In this document: in pieces, positions 1 through 9,161 of the stretch
Numbering within the stretch: position 1 is the stretch's first letter
Layout: each line of letters opens with the position of its first letter
Sequence record: KM190144
Strand: one strand, 5' to 3'
DNA from: Escherichia phage Av-05
DNA: 64,000 nucleotides
Program-made: the position numbers and the translations under genes
Notes under the pieces: generated by a model
Databases searched by the model: none
Seen by the model: the letters and a program-made list of their open reading frames with translations, nothing else
Told to the model about the DNA's origin: nothing

Positions 1-2
1 TT

Positions 3-275
3 TTGGAAATAACTTATTTTCATTCCACAATGGATTCAGGAACAAGAAGCTATCAAGCATATTTTGAAGTGACAACCAAAGAACAAGAGGTTGTTAGGAT
101 TGCCTTTATAGGGCAGGATGAGTATTATTATCCAGAAGCTGATGCAGGGACAACAATCCTTTGCGATGATGATGGCTGGATACTTTGGGCTAACAAACTC
201 TATTATCTCATCAATTTCCGTTTGCCTCGTACAGGCGACGCAACTTGGTGGAATAAGTGGGCAACTAATGAATAA
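3..275 (+). CDS. structural protein, C-terminal fragment (gene begins upstream of window)
   Basis: ORF open to window edge; followed by terminator; sits upstream of baseplate/tail-fibre genes. Confidence 0.35.
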   Translation: MEITYFHSTMDSGTRSYQAYFEVTTKEQEVVRIAFIGQDEYYYPEADAGTTILCDDDGWILWANKLYYLINFRLPRTGDATWWNKWATNE

Positions 276-278
276 TGG

Positions 279-306
279 AAAGGGGCATAAGCCCCTTTAT
301 TTGTGT
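279..306 (+). terminator. rho-independent terminator
   Basis: hairpin AGGGGC-ataa-GCCCCT at 281-296 followed by T-rich run. Confidence 0.55.
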
Positions 307-380
307 TTACTATTTATAATTAAGACATATTGTGGTAAAATAACCACATCTTATAATAATTTACAAGAGGAGGCATAATC

Positions 381-695
381 GTGGCTGCTCAATTTGGATT
401 AAATGACTACGGTTTTTCAATTCCGTCCCTTGATGACTTGATAACAGATACCAAGCAATCCCTTATTAGAGCTTTTGGTGAAAACTTTAACACCCAAACT
501 AACTCCGTTGTTGATAAGATCACTACTATTTTCAACGAAAGGGAATATCAATTAATTCTTTTGGCTGCATCTATTTATGCAGCACAAACGTTAGCAGGGG
601 CAGAAGGTATATATCTTGACGAGATTCTTGGTCGTCGTGGGATATTCCGTAGAGGAAAAACCAAAGGGTCCGGTACTGGTTCAAATGGTAATTAA
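381..695 (+). CDS. baseplate wedge-like protein, N-terminal segment (possibly one frameshifted gene with 616-1875)
   Basis: GTG start at 381 preceded by AGAGGAGG; ORF ends 80 nt inside the next ORF, which is in the +1 frame; A-run GAAAAACC at about 654-661. Confidence 0.4.
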   Translation: MAAQFGLNDYGFSIPSLDDLITDTKQSLIRAFGENFNTQTNSVVDKITTIFNEREYQLILLAASIYAAQTLAGAEGIYLDEILGRRGIFRRGKTKGSGTGSNGN

Positions 696-1875
696 TAACA
701 CAGTGCCGTATAATATGATTTATGATGCCGCAACATACAGTATTGACGGTGGGAATTTTGTGTTAACAGAAGATACTGCCGTTGCTGGTAATATCATAGC
801 GCAGCAAATAACCAATCAGGATTGGGTTCTTGGTAACTACACCATCCAGATAGTTAACCAGAATGATGGGACAACAAAGACACTGAACCTATCTCTGAAA
901 AACAAAACCCCAAACAGCACCGAATTAAACTCTTTTATGATGGCTATGAAAGAGTTTATAGTCGATAATACAACTTATCTGAACGAAGATAAGATCTTTA
1001 TCGAATCTTCTTCAGGAAGTATGTTTATAGGTTATGATCAAAATAAGAAAATGATTGGTCTTAATGCTCCTGTTGACTTTAGAACATCACCCCTGCTTGG
1101 TCAAAGAACAATAACCATGGATGTTATTGCTGTTGAAGCAGGAGAAATATCTAGAGAAGCAGAGACAGTTACCAACATAAGCCCGACACCAAGTGGTTTT
1201 GTTAGCTTGACGAACAGGGAAGCATTTAGTGATGGTACAGATGTTGAGACGGATACAGAATATAAGCTGAGGGCTTCGAGCACCACATCAACAGGTGCTG
1301 CCGCAACACGGCCAGCTATTGTTTCTGCTGTTTTAAATGTGCCTGGTGTAAGTAAGGTTAAAATTTTCTCCAACAATACTGGTGTGACAAACGAGTACGG
1401 TGTTCCAGCGTATAAGTTTGAGACAGTAGTCTATGGTGGGGCCACAGAAGATATCAGTAAGGCACTTTATAATACCATAGCACTCTCTAATGCTACTTAT
1501 GGTGATGTATTCTATGATGTGACTACAGAAGATGACCAAGTAGAAAGAATTTATCATAGCAAGGCAAAAGTAAGGCAACTTGAAATTCGTGTCAGATATA
1601 AAGGTAAATTACTATCCCTTACAGAACAGAACACGATCAGGGATTCCCTTAAAGCTGTTGTTGATCCTCTTAACATTGCAGATACGTTGTACAATATCCA
1701 ACTTGTTTCTGCTGTGGGGTCATCCATCTCATCAGGTAGATTTACTCAACTTTTAGTAGATGTCAAAAACAAAGGTGAACCAGACAGTACGTATACTAAT
1801 GATGATATTGTTGCTACTATGACAGAAGTTTTCGCTGTAGAGTTAAATGACATAACTTTCCAGCAAGTTCTTTAA
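616..1875 (+). CDS. baseplate wedge-like protein, C-terminal segment
   Basis: 419-codon ORF; track start is TTG; first ATG (682) lacks a Shine-Dalgarno; position in a baseplate-like gene order. Confidence 0.45.
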   Translation: MTRFLVVVGYSVEEKPKGPVLVQMVINNTVPYNMIYDAATYSIDGGNFVLTEDTAVAGNIIAQQITNQDWVLGNYTIQIVNQNDGTTKTLNLSLKNKTPNSTELNSFMMAMKEFIVDNTTYLNEDKIFIESSSGSMFIGYDQNKKMIGLNAPVDFRTSPLLGQRTITMDVIAVEAGEISREAETVTNISPTPSGFVSLTNREAFSDGTDVETDTEYKLRASSTTSTGAAATRPAIVSAVLNVPGVSKVKIFSNNTGVTNEYGVPAYKFETVVYGGATEDISKALYNTIALSNATYGDVFYDVTTEDDQVERIYHSKAKVRQLEIRVRYKGKLLSLTEQNTIRDSLKAVVDPLNIADTLYNIQLVSAVGSSISSGRFTQLLVDVKNKGEPDSTYTNDDIVATMTEVFAVELNDITFQQVL

Positions 1876-1885
1876 GGATGTTATT

Positions 1886-2563
1886 ATGGCAGACTATTTA
1901 AAAGATGTAAATCATATACACACACTGCCAGATTTCGTTGAGGGAGGTATTGACTATCTCCCTGGTGATTTTCTGAAAGAGAAAAAGAATCTTGTAAAAT
2001 TTCTGACAATATACCTTGAAAGATTGAAAGCTGTTGATGAGATGCTTGTAAAGCTATCAGAAGGTAGATTATTAAGGAATGCCGCAGGGCTGAATCTTGA
2101 TGAGATAGGTAATCAGGTTGGTATTGAGAGAAACGGGCTTGATGATGCCACCTATAGGGCAATAATAATGATCTTGGCTGCTGGATCTGCAAGACACGGT
2201 ACAAGACCAGAGTTTATTGAAACATTAAATCAACTGTTTGGTGTTGGAAATTTTACAACTTACAAAGGGGATAATTACCGTTTTGACGTAAACGTATCGA
2301 AAAGCTGTTTCGACTTAGCAGCAGCGATAGATGAGATACTTGACCTATTACCGTTACCAACGCATCTTAGACTAACAGAGTCTGTGGGTTTGGCGTTTGG
2401 TTTTAAGAATGACAAACATGCACTTGGATTCGGATCTGTGACAGAGAAATCAAGAACTGGTGATGGTGGTTTAGCCCATCTAGTTTACGTACCGGATCCA
2501 CCAAGAACATCGGATGACATCCTTATTTATGTTGACAATATTTCTGTAGATGCTACAGAGTAG
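1886..2563 (+). CDS. baseplate/tail protein
   Basis: 225-aa ORF tightly packed between baseplate-like and fibre-like genes. Confidence 0.4.
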   Translation: MADYLKDVNHIHTLPDFVEGGIDYLPGDFLKEKKNLVKFLTIYLERLKAVDEMLVKLSEGRLLRNAAGLNLDEIGNQVGIERNGLDDATYRAIIMILAAGSARHGTRPEFIETLNQLFGVGNFTTYKGDNYRFDVNVSKSCFDLAAAIDEILDLLPLPTHLRLTESVGLAFGFKNDKHALGFGSVTEKSRTGDGGLAHLVYVPDPPRTSDDILIYVDNISVDATE

Positions 2564-2575
2564 AGGAGACCACAT

Positions 2576-4639
2576 ATGACAGAGGCTATTTTCACAGCCA
2601 GAAGAGAAGATGACTCTGTAGCTGTTAGCTTTGACTATGAAACAATATCAAACACAGCTATTGCTGGAAGAGATTATACACCCAAAGTAGGTACGGCAAC
2701 AATTCCTAAAGGGGAAAAGTCTGTACAGATACCTGTGGAGATAAAACAACATCCTAAAAACTCATTACCAAGAGAATTTACCTTGAAAATGAGTAATCCG
2801 TCTTTTGGTGCAAGGCTAGACAGGCTGGCTTCCAGATGTGTTATTAGCACCAAGGAGGATATGTCTGAGTTGGGGTGGGGAACAAAAGAAGAGAAAATGT
2901 TTCTACCTAAATATTGGACAATTGATTCTCAGCCCACAGAAAGTTGCTCTATAATATCTAATGGTAATATACTTACAGCTTATATGACTAATAGAACTGT
3001 AAGCGGTTTAGCAGGGGTTATTTGGAGCACAAAAGATAAGTATGATCATAAAGGGATCTCTTTTCAAGATCACACAGATCTTCGAAACGCTAAACTGTGG
3101 TTCGATATAGAGTTGGGCGACGGAATGCCTGATTTTAATAATGAGAAATTGACCCCGACATTAACTCTTAAACTTTTAGATGGGGCGACCCATTATATCC
3201 CTCTGTACGCTTATGCTGAAAATATCGGTGAGGATTATAAAAGAGCCACAATCAAACTTGATTTTTCAAATTTAAAATCCGGCCCTGATGTGAACGTGCC
3301 AGTGGATACCTCTCAAGTGGATCAGTTTTTCTTTTCTATGATATCTGAGAAGTATGCAGAAGGAGAAGATGTTGTCCCTAAAGAAAATCAGAACCTTATG
3401 TTGAAAATAACTCTTAAAGAGCCTGATACAGGCTATACAATGATGAGAGTTAATAATTTGACAATTCCTGCACATGATGTGCGTATGTGTACATCCTATG
3501 ATGATATGTATAACCTGACACCTGAACGAGTGGTGGACAACTGCTTGAAACTTGGGTACAGGGATATGATAAACCACTATAATGGTATGTCGCATTATTA
3601 CGAGTTCTCTTGGGAAAGCTCCGCATGGAAACTGAACAAAGATGTCCCTGTCAATAATGCAACCCTACAATGGATGAATAACTATTTCGCACTGACACGA
3701 GCAAATGGTTATAAGGTTATCAATTCTATTAGTTTTGAGTTGATGAGTACTGTATGTCCGGCAGAATGGGTGCAGCATGATTGGAATGATGCATTAGCTG
3801 AAACAGGATACACACCACCAAGTTGGGTATTATCTCCTAATATTAATGAGGGTATGCAATATATCCAAAGTGTGATAAATAAAATAGCAGCCACATGCGA
3901 ACAAGCTAACCAGGTTGTTATCATTCAGATAGGGGAGCCTTGGTGGTGGTATAATACTGCTACAAATTTACCTTGTGTGTATGATTATACTACAAAAGCG
4001 CGTTTTAATGAAGAGACTGGATTGTATGCTCAAGACATGGGGACAATTTATGACTTTAAGACCGGAACACCCTATGATGAGTATGTAGATTTTCTAAGAC
4101 AGTGCTTAGGGGAGCGAGTGGTAAAATTCGGTGCTGATCTTAAAAAATCTTATCCTAATGCAAAAATAACACTTTTACCGTTTTTACCATCCATTATTGG
4201 TAATGGTATTATGGAAAAGATAAATTTCCCTAGTGGTAGTTATACACCTGAGAATTTTGATCTCTATTGCTCCGAGTGCTATGACTGGTTACTCCAAGGG
4301 AAAATGGAAAAATCATTCCAAGCCATCACCATTCCGCGAGATGTCTTAAAATTTAAAGAAGATAAGATACATTATCTGGCAGGATTTGTTCCAGACGAAG
4401 GGCTAGCACCATTATACGGATTTGACCCTAATTCTAATTATAGAGAATATCTTTGGAAAATGATTATAGGGAACATTGTCCTTAATGAGTTTAAGTTTCC
4501 AGGTATTTATCAATACATATGGGCGTATCCACAAGTAATGCATGATTCTATAACAGTGCACAACTCTCAATCCGCAGTCTTTCATATGGGGCATACAGCA
4601 TTGAAAGGGTATTTAAAAGATACCCCACCAGAAGTTTAA
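2576..4639 (+). CDS. tail fibre/tailspike-like protein with Calx-beta-like N-terminal segment
   Basis: 687-aa ORF; N-terminal ...GRDYTP...GEKSVQIPVEI... resembles Calx-beta; large Trp/Tyr-rich C-terminal domain. Confidence 0.4.
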   Translation: MTEAIFTARREDDSVAVSFDYETISNTAIAGRDYTPKVGTATIPKGEKSVQIPVEIKQHPKNSLPREFTLKMSNPSFGARLDRLASRCVISTKEDMSELGWGTKEEKMFLPKYWTIDSQPTESCSIISNGNILTAYMTNRTVSGLAGVIWSTKDKYDHKGISFQDHTDLRNAKLWFDIELGDGMPDFNNEKLTPTLTLKLLDGATHYIPLYAYAENIGEDYKRATIKLDFSNLKSGPDVNVPVDTSQVDQFFFSMISEKYAEGEDVVPKENQNLMLKITLKEPDTGYTMMRVNNLTIPAHDVRMCTSYDDMYNLTPERVVDNCLKLGYRDMINHYNGMSHYYEFSWESSAWKLNKDVPVNNATLQWMNNYFALTRANGYKVINSISFELMSTVCPAEWVQHDWNDALAETGYTPPSWVLSPNINEGMQYIQSVINKIAATCEQANQVVIIQIGEPWWWYNTATNLPCVYDYTTKARFNEETGLYAQDMGTIYDFKTGTPYDEYVDFLRQCLGERVVKFGADLKKSYPNAKITLLPFLPSIIGNGIMEKINFPSGSYTPENFDLYCSECYDWLLQGKMEKSFQAITIPRDVLKFKEDKIHYLAGFVPDEGLAPLYGFDPNSNYREYLWKMIIGNIVLNEFKFPGIYQYIWAYPQVMHDSITVHNSQSAVFHMGHTALKGYLKDTPPEV

Positions 4640-4654
4640 GAAGGAGATACTTTT

Positions 4655-5725
4655 ATGGCTATACCAAGTATACCAATCGAGATTTGGGCAGCGGGAGATG
4701 TAATTCTCCCTAATACTCACGGGGAGAACAAAATAAGACCTATTGACGACCTTTGGTTAAAAGGTTGGGATATGGGAGAAAAACCAGCTTGTGAAGAGTT
4801 TAACTATGTTCTTCATATGATGACAAGTTGGATAAAATATGTTACAGGGGATCAAATTCCTGAATTAGATACAAGATTTTTAAGAAGAAGTGAAAATCTG
4901 TCTGATTTAGCGGATAAGGAAACATCCAGAGTCAACCTTGATGTGTGGAGCAGATCAGAGGCCGACAACCGTTACGTGAATGTAACGGGAGATACAATGA
5001 CAGGAGCTTTGTCATTGCCGAGATTGAATTTTCAACCTTCTGAGACAGATACTGCGTATATCACAACTACAAATCCGGCTTCTGACTGGACGTACTGGGA
5101 TTTTGTTCTTGGAGATAATCCAGGAACAGCAGGGACAAACGGTGTAGATTCTATACGTTTCCGATTCTCTCCTTCAGGTAACTCTGGGATGTTCACTATG
5201 ATGGAGCTTAATGCTATTAGCTCCTCAGCGGCTTTGTGTAAAGTAACAGGAAATGTTGTTGCCACAGGCACTGTACAAGGAACAAATGTTAATGGCACAA
5301 ATGCAACATTCACCACAACAAGAACATCCTCTTTGACGGCTACAGGGCAAATTCAAGGTCAAACTGTTGTAGCAACAAGCTCATTAACAACACCATATGC
5401 AAGGGTTAATGGGGAAGCGAATGTAAATTCACTGGTTGTAAATAATAACTCTGCAAGGGTTGCGGGGAGAAATATCGTAAGATCTGTTAATGGTGTAGGT
5501 GCTGACGGGAATGGTAATGTTAACTTACCAACAGGAAGTGTTCAGCAAATAAGACTTGGTAATCGTTTCTCTGCGGGGGTTGTTGAGTCTACGTTTTATC
5601 CTGGACATGTAATGACTGGCTGGGCATTTGGTAATAAAAAGGAATTGAGAGGTGGTACGTATTACACTGCTCCTTTGCAATATCTTGTGAATGGTCAATG
5701 GGTAACAGTAACAAATTTAAACTAA
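4655..5725 (+). CDS. tail fibre protein
   Basis: GDTMTG motif typical of phage tail fibres; Thr/Asn/Gly-rich beta repeats; followed by Tfa-like gene. Confidence 0.55.
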   Translation: MAIPSIPIEIWAAGDVILPNTHGENKIRPIDDLWLKGWDMGEKPACEEFNYVLHMMTSWIKYVTGDQIPELDTRFLRRSENLSDLADKETSRVNLDVWSRSEADNRYVNVTGDTMTGALSLPRLNFQPSETDTAYITTTNPASDWTYWDFVLGDNPGTAGTNGVDSIRFRFSPSGNSGMFTMMELNAISSSAALCKVTGNVVATGTVQGTNVNGTNATFTTTRTSSLTATGQIQGQTVVATSSLTTPYARVNGEANVNSLVVNNNSARVAGRNIVRSVNGVGADGNGNVNLPTGSVQQIRLGNRFSAGVVESTFYPGHVMTGWAFGNKKELRGGTYYTAPLQYLVNGQWVTVTNLN

Positions 5726-5728
5726 GGG

Positions 5729-6280
5729 GTGCATATGTACAAAATCTATGGTAATTTTCAGCCTTACACACCTGAAAGAACAGAGTATAATTCGGCCTTC
5801 ATAGACACAGGGGCAGGTTTCCTTAAAGACAGTGATGGTAGAGATTGGTATGAATTATCAAAAGAACTAGCTGATAACAAAGCGGAAAACCAAAAATTTT
5901 TGCTTCTGACTTCGGATGATATAGTCCTCTGTGTCTCACAAGACCCAACCGCTTATTTTCCTTATGGAATGAAAATAGTAGTTATTGAGAATCTTACTGT
6001 AAACTTAGACCCTAAACTCGGGCATATAAAATTTACAGATGGAGAATTTTTTGATTATAACAAAGAAGCGGTAGAACAAGCTCAATCAATTATAGAAACA
6101 GAAATGATGTGGGCTTCTAATCAAATCTCTACCTTGGAGGATATGATCTCTATGGGATTGGGTACAGAGAGTAGAAAAAAATATCTGGAAAAATTAAAAG
6201 AGTATCGCATAAAACTGTTTTCGTTAGACCCTGAAGAAGATATGAATATTTCTTTACCAGACAGACCTTCTAAAAAATAA
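5729..6280 (+). CDS. tail fibre assembly chaperone (Tfa/gp38-like)
   Basis: 183-aa ORF directly downstream of fibre gene; Tfa-like C-terminus. Confidence 0.5.
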   Translation: MHMYKIYGNFQPYTPERTEYNSAFIDTGAGFLKDSDGRDWYELSKELADNKAENQKFLLLTSDDIVLCVSQDPTAYFPYGMKIVVIENLTVNLDPKLGHIKFTDGEFFDYNKEAVEQAQSIIETEMMWASNQISTLEDMISMGLGTESRKKYLEKLKEYRIKLFSLDPEEDMNISLPDRPSKK

Positions 6281-6291
6281 GGAGACAAGGA

Positions 6292-6606
6292 ATGTCTATT
6301 GACCTATTTGCTATCTTAAAAGCCGTATGGGGTGTATTGACGTTTTTCTTAGTTGGTGTTCTGAAGTTAACATACTCAGACTATAAAAAGACACAGCAAC
6401 GTCTTGATGAACTTGATAGGGACATCATAAGAATTAAGGCAGAGATGGTCACTAAAGAGAAACTTGATGAGATTCTTGATAAAAAACTGAAAGCTGTCCG
6501 CGATGATGTTTCAGATTTTAGAAAAGACTTAAAAGAGGATGTGAGCAGTTTGAGAGTTGATCTTATAGACCAGCTTAAAATTCTTATAGAGAGTCAAATG
6601 AAATGA
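6292..6606 (+). CDS. membrane-anchored coiled-coil protein
   Basis: N-terminal hydrophobic helix then charged heptad-like region. Confidence 0.35.
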   Translation: MSIDLFAILKAVWGVLTFFLVGVLKLTYSDYKKTQQRLDELDRDIIRIKAEMVTKEKLDEILDKKLKAVRDDVSDFRKDLKEDVSSLRVDLIDQLKILIESQMK

Positions 6607-7076
6607 TAAGTTCTGCACTGTACTTTATATGCTTTGCAGTGCTACTTCTTGATAATGACAAAGGGATCCGAGCCATGTCAGTATTTGGCATGGTTCATAT
6701 CGTGGCAGAGAATATACTGTACTGGTGGTTCTGTTCCCATATCTACGCATTTGACTTGTCACTCTACCTAACCTTTTGTTGGTTCTTGGATATATCTCTG
6801 ATTTTCTTTACTGCATGTGCTTTGACAGGATGGAGAAAAAAGCTAATGCTTACACTATCTCTTCCTGTTCTGTTTTGCCAAATTTTAGTTATGCAGTTCC
6901 CATTTATTTTACCAATCGCATTAGGCTTCACGATAAATTCATCATATCCAACATTTATGGAAGTTCTTTTATTATGCGCAGCATACAAAAGCGGCACAAT
7001 AAAAGAATTGCTTGAGACTTCTGTTGTTGTTGGTTTCATAATTATAGCCAGAATTGTTCCTGGAGTAAATTATTGA
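6603..7076 (+). CDS. polytopic membrane protein
   Basis: 157 aa with several hydrophobic segments; start overlaps upstream stop (ATGA). Confidence 0.35.
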   Translation: MISSALYFICFAVLLLDNDKGIRAMSVFGMVHIVAENILYWWFCSHIYAFDLSLYLTFCWFLDISLIFFTACALTGWRKKLMLTLSLPVLFCQILVMQFPFILPIALGFTINSSYPTFMEVLLLCAAYKSGTIKELLETSVVVGFIIIARIVPGVNY

Positions 7077-7091
7077 GGATTCTAATGTATT

Positions 7092-7355
7092 ATGCTAAAA
7101 TCAATATTGAAATTTTTAAAAGACCTTGTCAGATCCCCAGTAAATCCAGAGAAGGCCTCTCACACAAAATTTTGGAGTAATATCGGCTTGGCTGCAATGA
7201 CAGCAGTTTTTTTAGATTGGGGTTTCAAAGGCACATTGACGGAGTGGTATATGTGGGTGTATGCCCCCACAGTGGCTGCTCCACAGTTAATAAGTAAGTT
7301 AATATCTCTACGTTGGGGTGTAGAAGCACAACGTAGGGAAGAATCAGACCAATAA
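7092..7355 (+). CDS. small membrane protein (holin-like?)
   Basis: 87 aa, central hydrophobic segment, charged C-terminus. Confidence 0.3.
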   Translation: MLKSILKFLKDLVRSPVNPEKASHTKFWSNIGLAAMTAVFLDWGFKGTLTEWYMWVYAPTVAAPQLISKLISLRWGVEAQRREESDQ

Positions 7356-7365
7356 GGAGATTCTT

Positions 7366-9120
7366 GTGGCAGACATGACTAAATTTGAACAGGCGGTCGA
7401 TCAGGTTGTAGAAGATTCTGAACGCCTTCATAAAGTTGTCAATGGGGCAGCTACTGAAACTGTAGTTACAGAGGATGGCAGTCTGATACCTACAGTCAGA
7501 AAAGCATTTCTTGACAATTTATTCTTTAAAACACCTCCACTACCGTGGGTTGCTGGACAACAGGCAACGGTATTTAATCAGTTGTATGCTTATACAGGGG
7601 AAAGAGGTGTCCAATGGTGGTATGCACCCGGTGCGACAGAGAGTTCACCTGTAACACTACCTTCTAATCCAGTCAACAATGTTAACTGGAGATTATACAA
7701 CGATTCAGAATCTATGTCTCAGCTATTTGCGCCTATTGACAGCCCTATCTTTACAGGGAACCCTCAAGCACCAACACCATCAGCGGATAGTAACAGTACA
7801 ACTCTGGCAACAACACAATTCGTTACCAGAGCTATTGCTACCGCTTTGGCTGGAATTGCGGGTGGAAATGGTACATTCGCAGATCTTACTGTAACAGGTT
7901 TAGCTAGTCTTAATACGCTTTCTGTTGGCGGTGTATCAACATTTAATGGGCCTGTTAATGCTGACAACCAAACAGGAAAATTCCAGAATCTTATCTTAAC
8001 AAAAGATAATTCAAGCCTATCTTTTGCCTACAGTGATGATTCTAACCCGACGTTTATAAAAACAAGGCTTGAAGCATACTCAGCACAGACCCATCAGTTA
8101 CATACAGATATCATCATAAACGGTGTGCCAGTAGCAGACAATACAACAATGTCTTTCACAGGTCTTGGTAATAATACCTTCGACTATGTTTATATTACAG
8201 GCAACTCTAAAAAAGACCCATCTGAAGCTCGTCTCAAAGTTTCTGGGATGACAGAACTTGAAAACTTAAAGATCACAGGTACTGTAACAGGACTTTCTTT
8301 TTCTGTCAATGGGGAAGACATCTCGCCTAATTCTGTAACAACGGCACAAGGGGTTACTGTAGGTGGTGATTTACAAGTCAATGGTAACACCAATCTCAAC
8401 AGTACAACATGTGAGAGCTTAGAAGTTACTAACAACCTTGTTGTTAATGGACAAACCAGCCTCAAGGATTTCTCCTCTACAACTGGTAATGTCACAGGGC
8501 TATTAACTTTAGGGGAGGGATTCACTGCGACTGGTGACGGGTCTGTAGGTGGTGATCTAACTGTCAACGGAACTTCAACCCTTGGTAAGATAATATCTGA
8601 TGGTGATGTGACTTTAAATAGATCTTCTGGCACAACAACAGTAAACAATTTGGTTGTTAAGGGGACTGTATCTGGTATTACGTTTGATTTGACAGGACAA
8701 AACGTAAACGTAGCATCTCTTTCTGCTCAAAGCAGTGTAACGACAAATCAGTTATTTGTTAACGGCCAGGCACAACTTTCTTCCACCAATGTAAGTTTCC
8801 TAACTTTACAATCGGAAGAGGTTGACGATCCAACAGCAACATGGACACCAAGCGGCACATCCAACATTTATAATATCACAGTGAATAAAAATCTGACAAT
8901 CGGAGCATGGCCTGATCCACAGCAACCTTTCTCCGCTATGATTTATCTGACGCAGGATGCCACAGGTGGACACAGTGTAACTCTGGATCCTAATTATGTT
9001 GTCCTTAACAGTGAAACTGTTAATACGGCAGCAAATTCAGTTACCATCCTTCAATTAACCTTTAATGGTGTTGAAGATGGGGTTGTTGACACCATTATTG
9101 TCCGTAGACCACAACCATAA
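7366..9120 (+). CDS. tail fibre protein
   Basis: 584 aa; ...PIFTGNPQAPTPSADSNSTTLATTQFV... fibre motif; long Thr/Gly/Asn/Val repeat region. Confidence 0.55.
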   Translation: MADMTKFEQAVDQVVEDSERLHKVVNGAATETVVTEDGSLIPTVRKAFLDNLFFKTPPLPWVAGQQATVFNQLYAYTGERGVQWWYAPGATESSPVTLPSNPVNNVNWRLYNDSESMSQLFAPIDSPIFTGNPQAPTPSADSNSTTLATTQFVTRAIATALAGIAGGNGTFADLTVTGLASLNTLSVGGVSTFNGPVNADNQTGKFQNLILTKDNSSLSFAYSDDSNPTFIKTRLEAYSAQTHQLHTDIIINGVPVADNTTMSFTGLGNNTFDYVYITGNSKKDPSEARLKVSGMTELENLKITGTVTGLSFSVNGEDISPNSVTTAQGVTVGGDLQVNGNTNLNSTTCESLEVTNNLVVNGQTSLKDFSSTTGNVTGLLTLGEGFTATGDGSVGGDLTVNGTSTLGKIISDGDVTLNRSSGTTTVNNLVVKGTVSGITFDLTGQNVNVASLSAQSSVTTNQLFVNGQAQLSSTNVSFLTLQSEEVDDPTATWTPSGTSNIYNITVNKNLTIGAWPDPQQPFSAMIYLTQDATGGHSVTLDPNYVVLNSETVNTAANSVTILQLTFNGVEDGVVDTIIVRRPQP

Positions 9121-9126
9121 TATAAA

Positions 9127-9151
9127 AGGCCACAGCAGTGGCCTTTGTTTT
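9127..9151 (+). terminator. rho-independent terminator
   Basis: hairpin AGGCCACagcaGTGGCCT then TTGTTTT. Confidence 0.5.
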
Positions 9152-9161
9152 AGGAGGATTA

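Noticed and set aside
9138-9161. Track start codon of the tail-fibre ORF at 9138
   Set aside because: It is a GTG inside the upstream terminator hairpin; the ATG at 9162 with a TAGGAGGA Shine-Dalgarno is the more plausible start.
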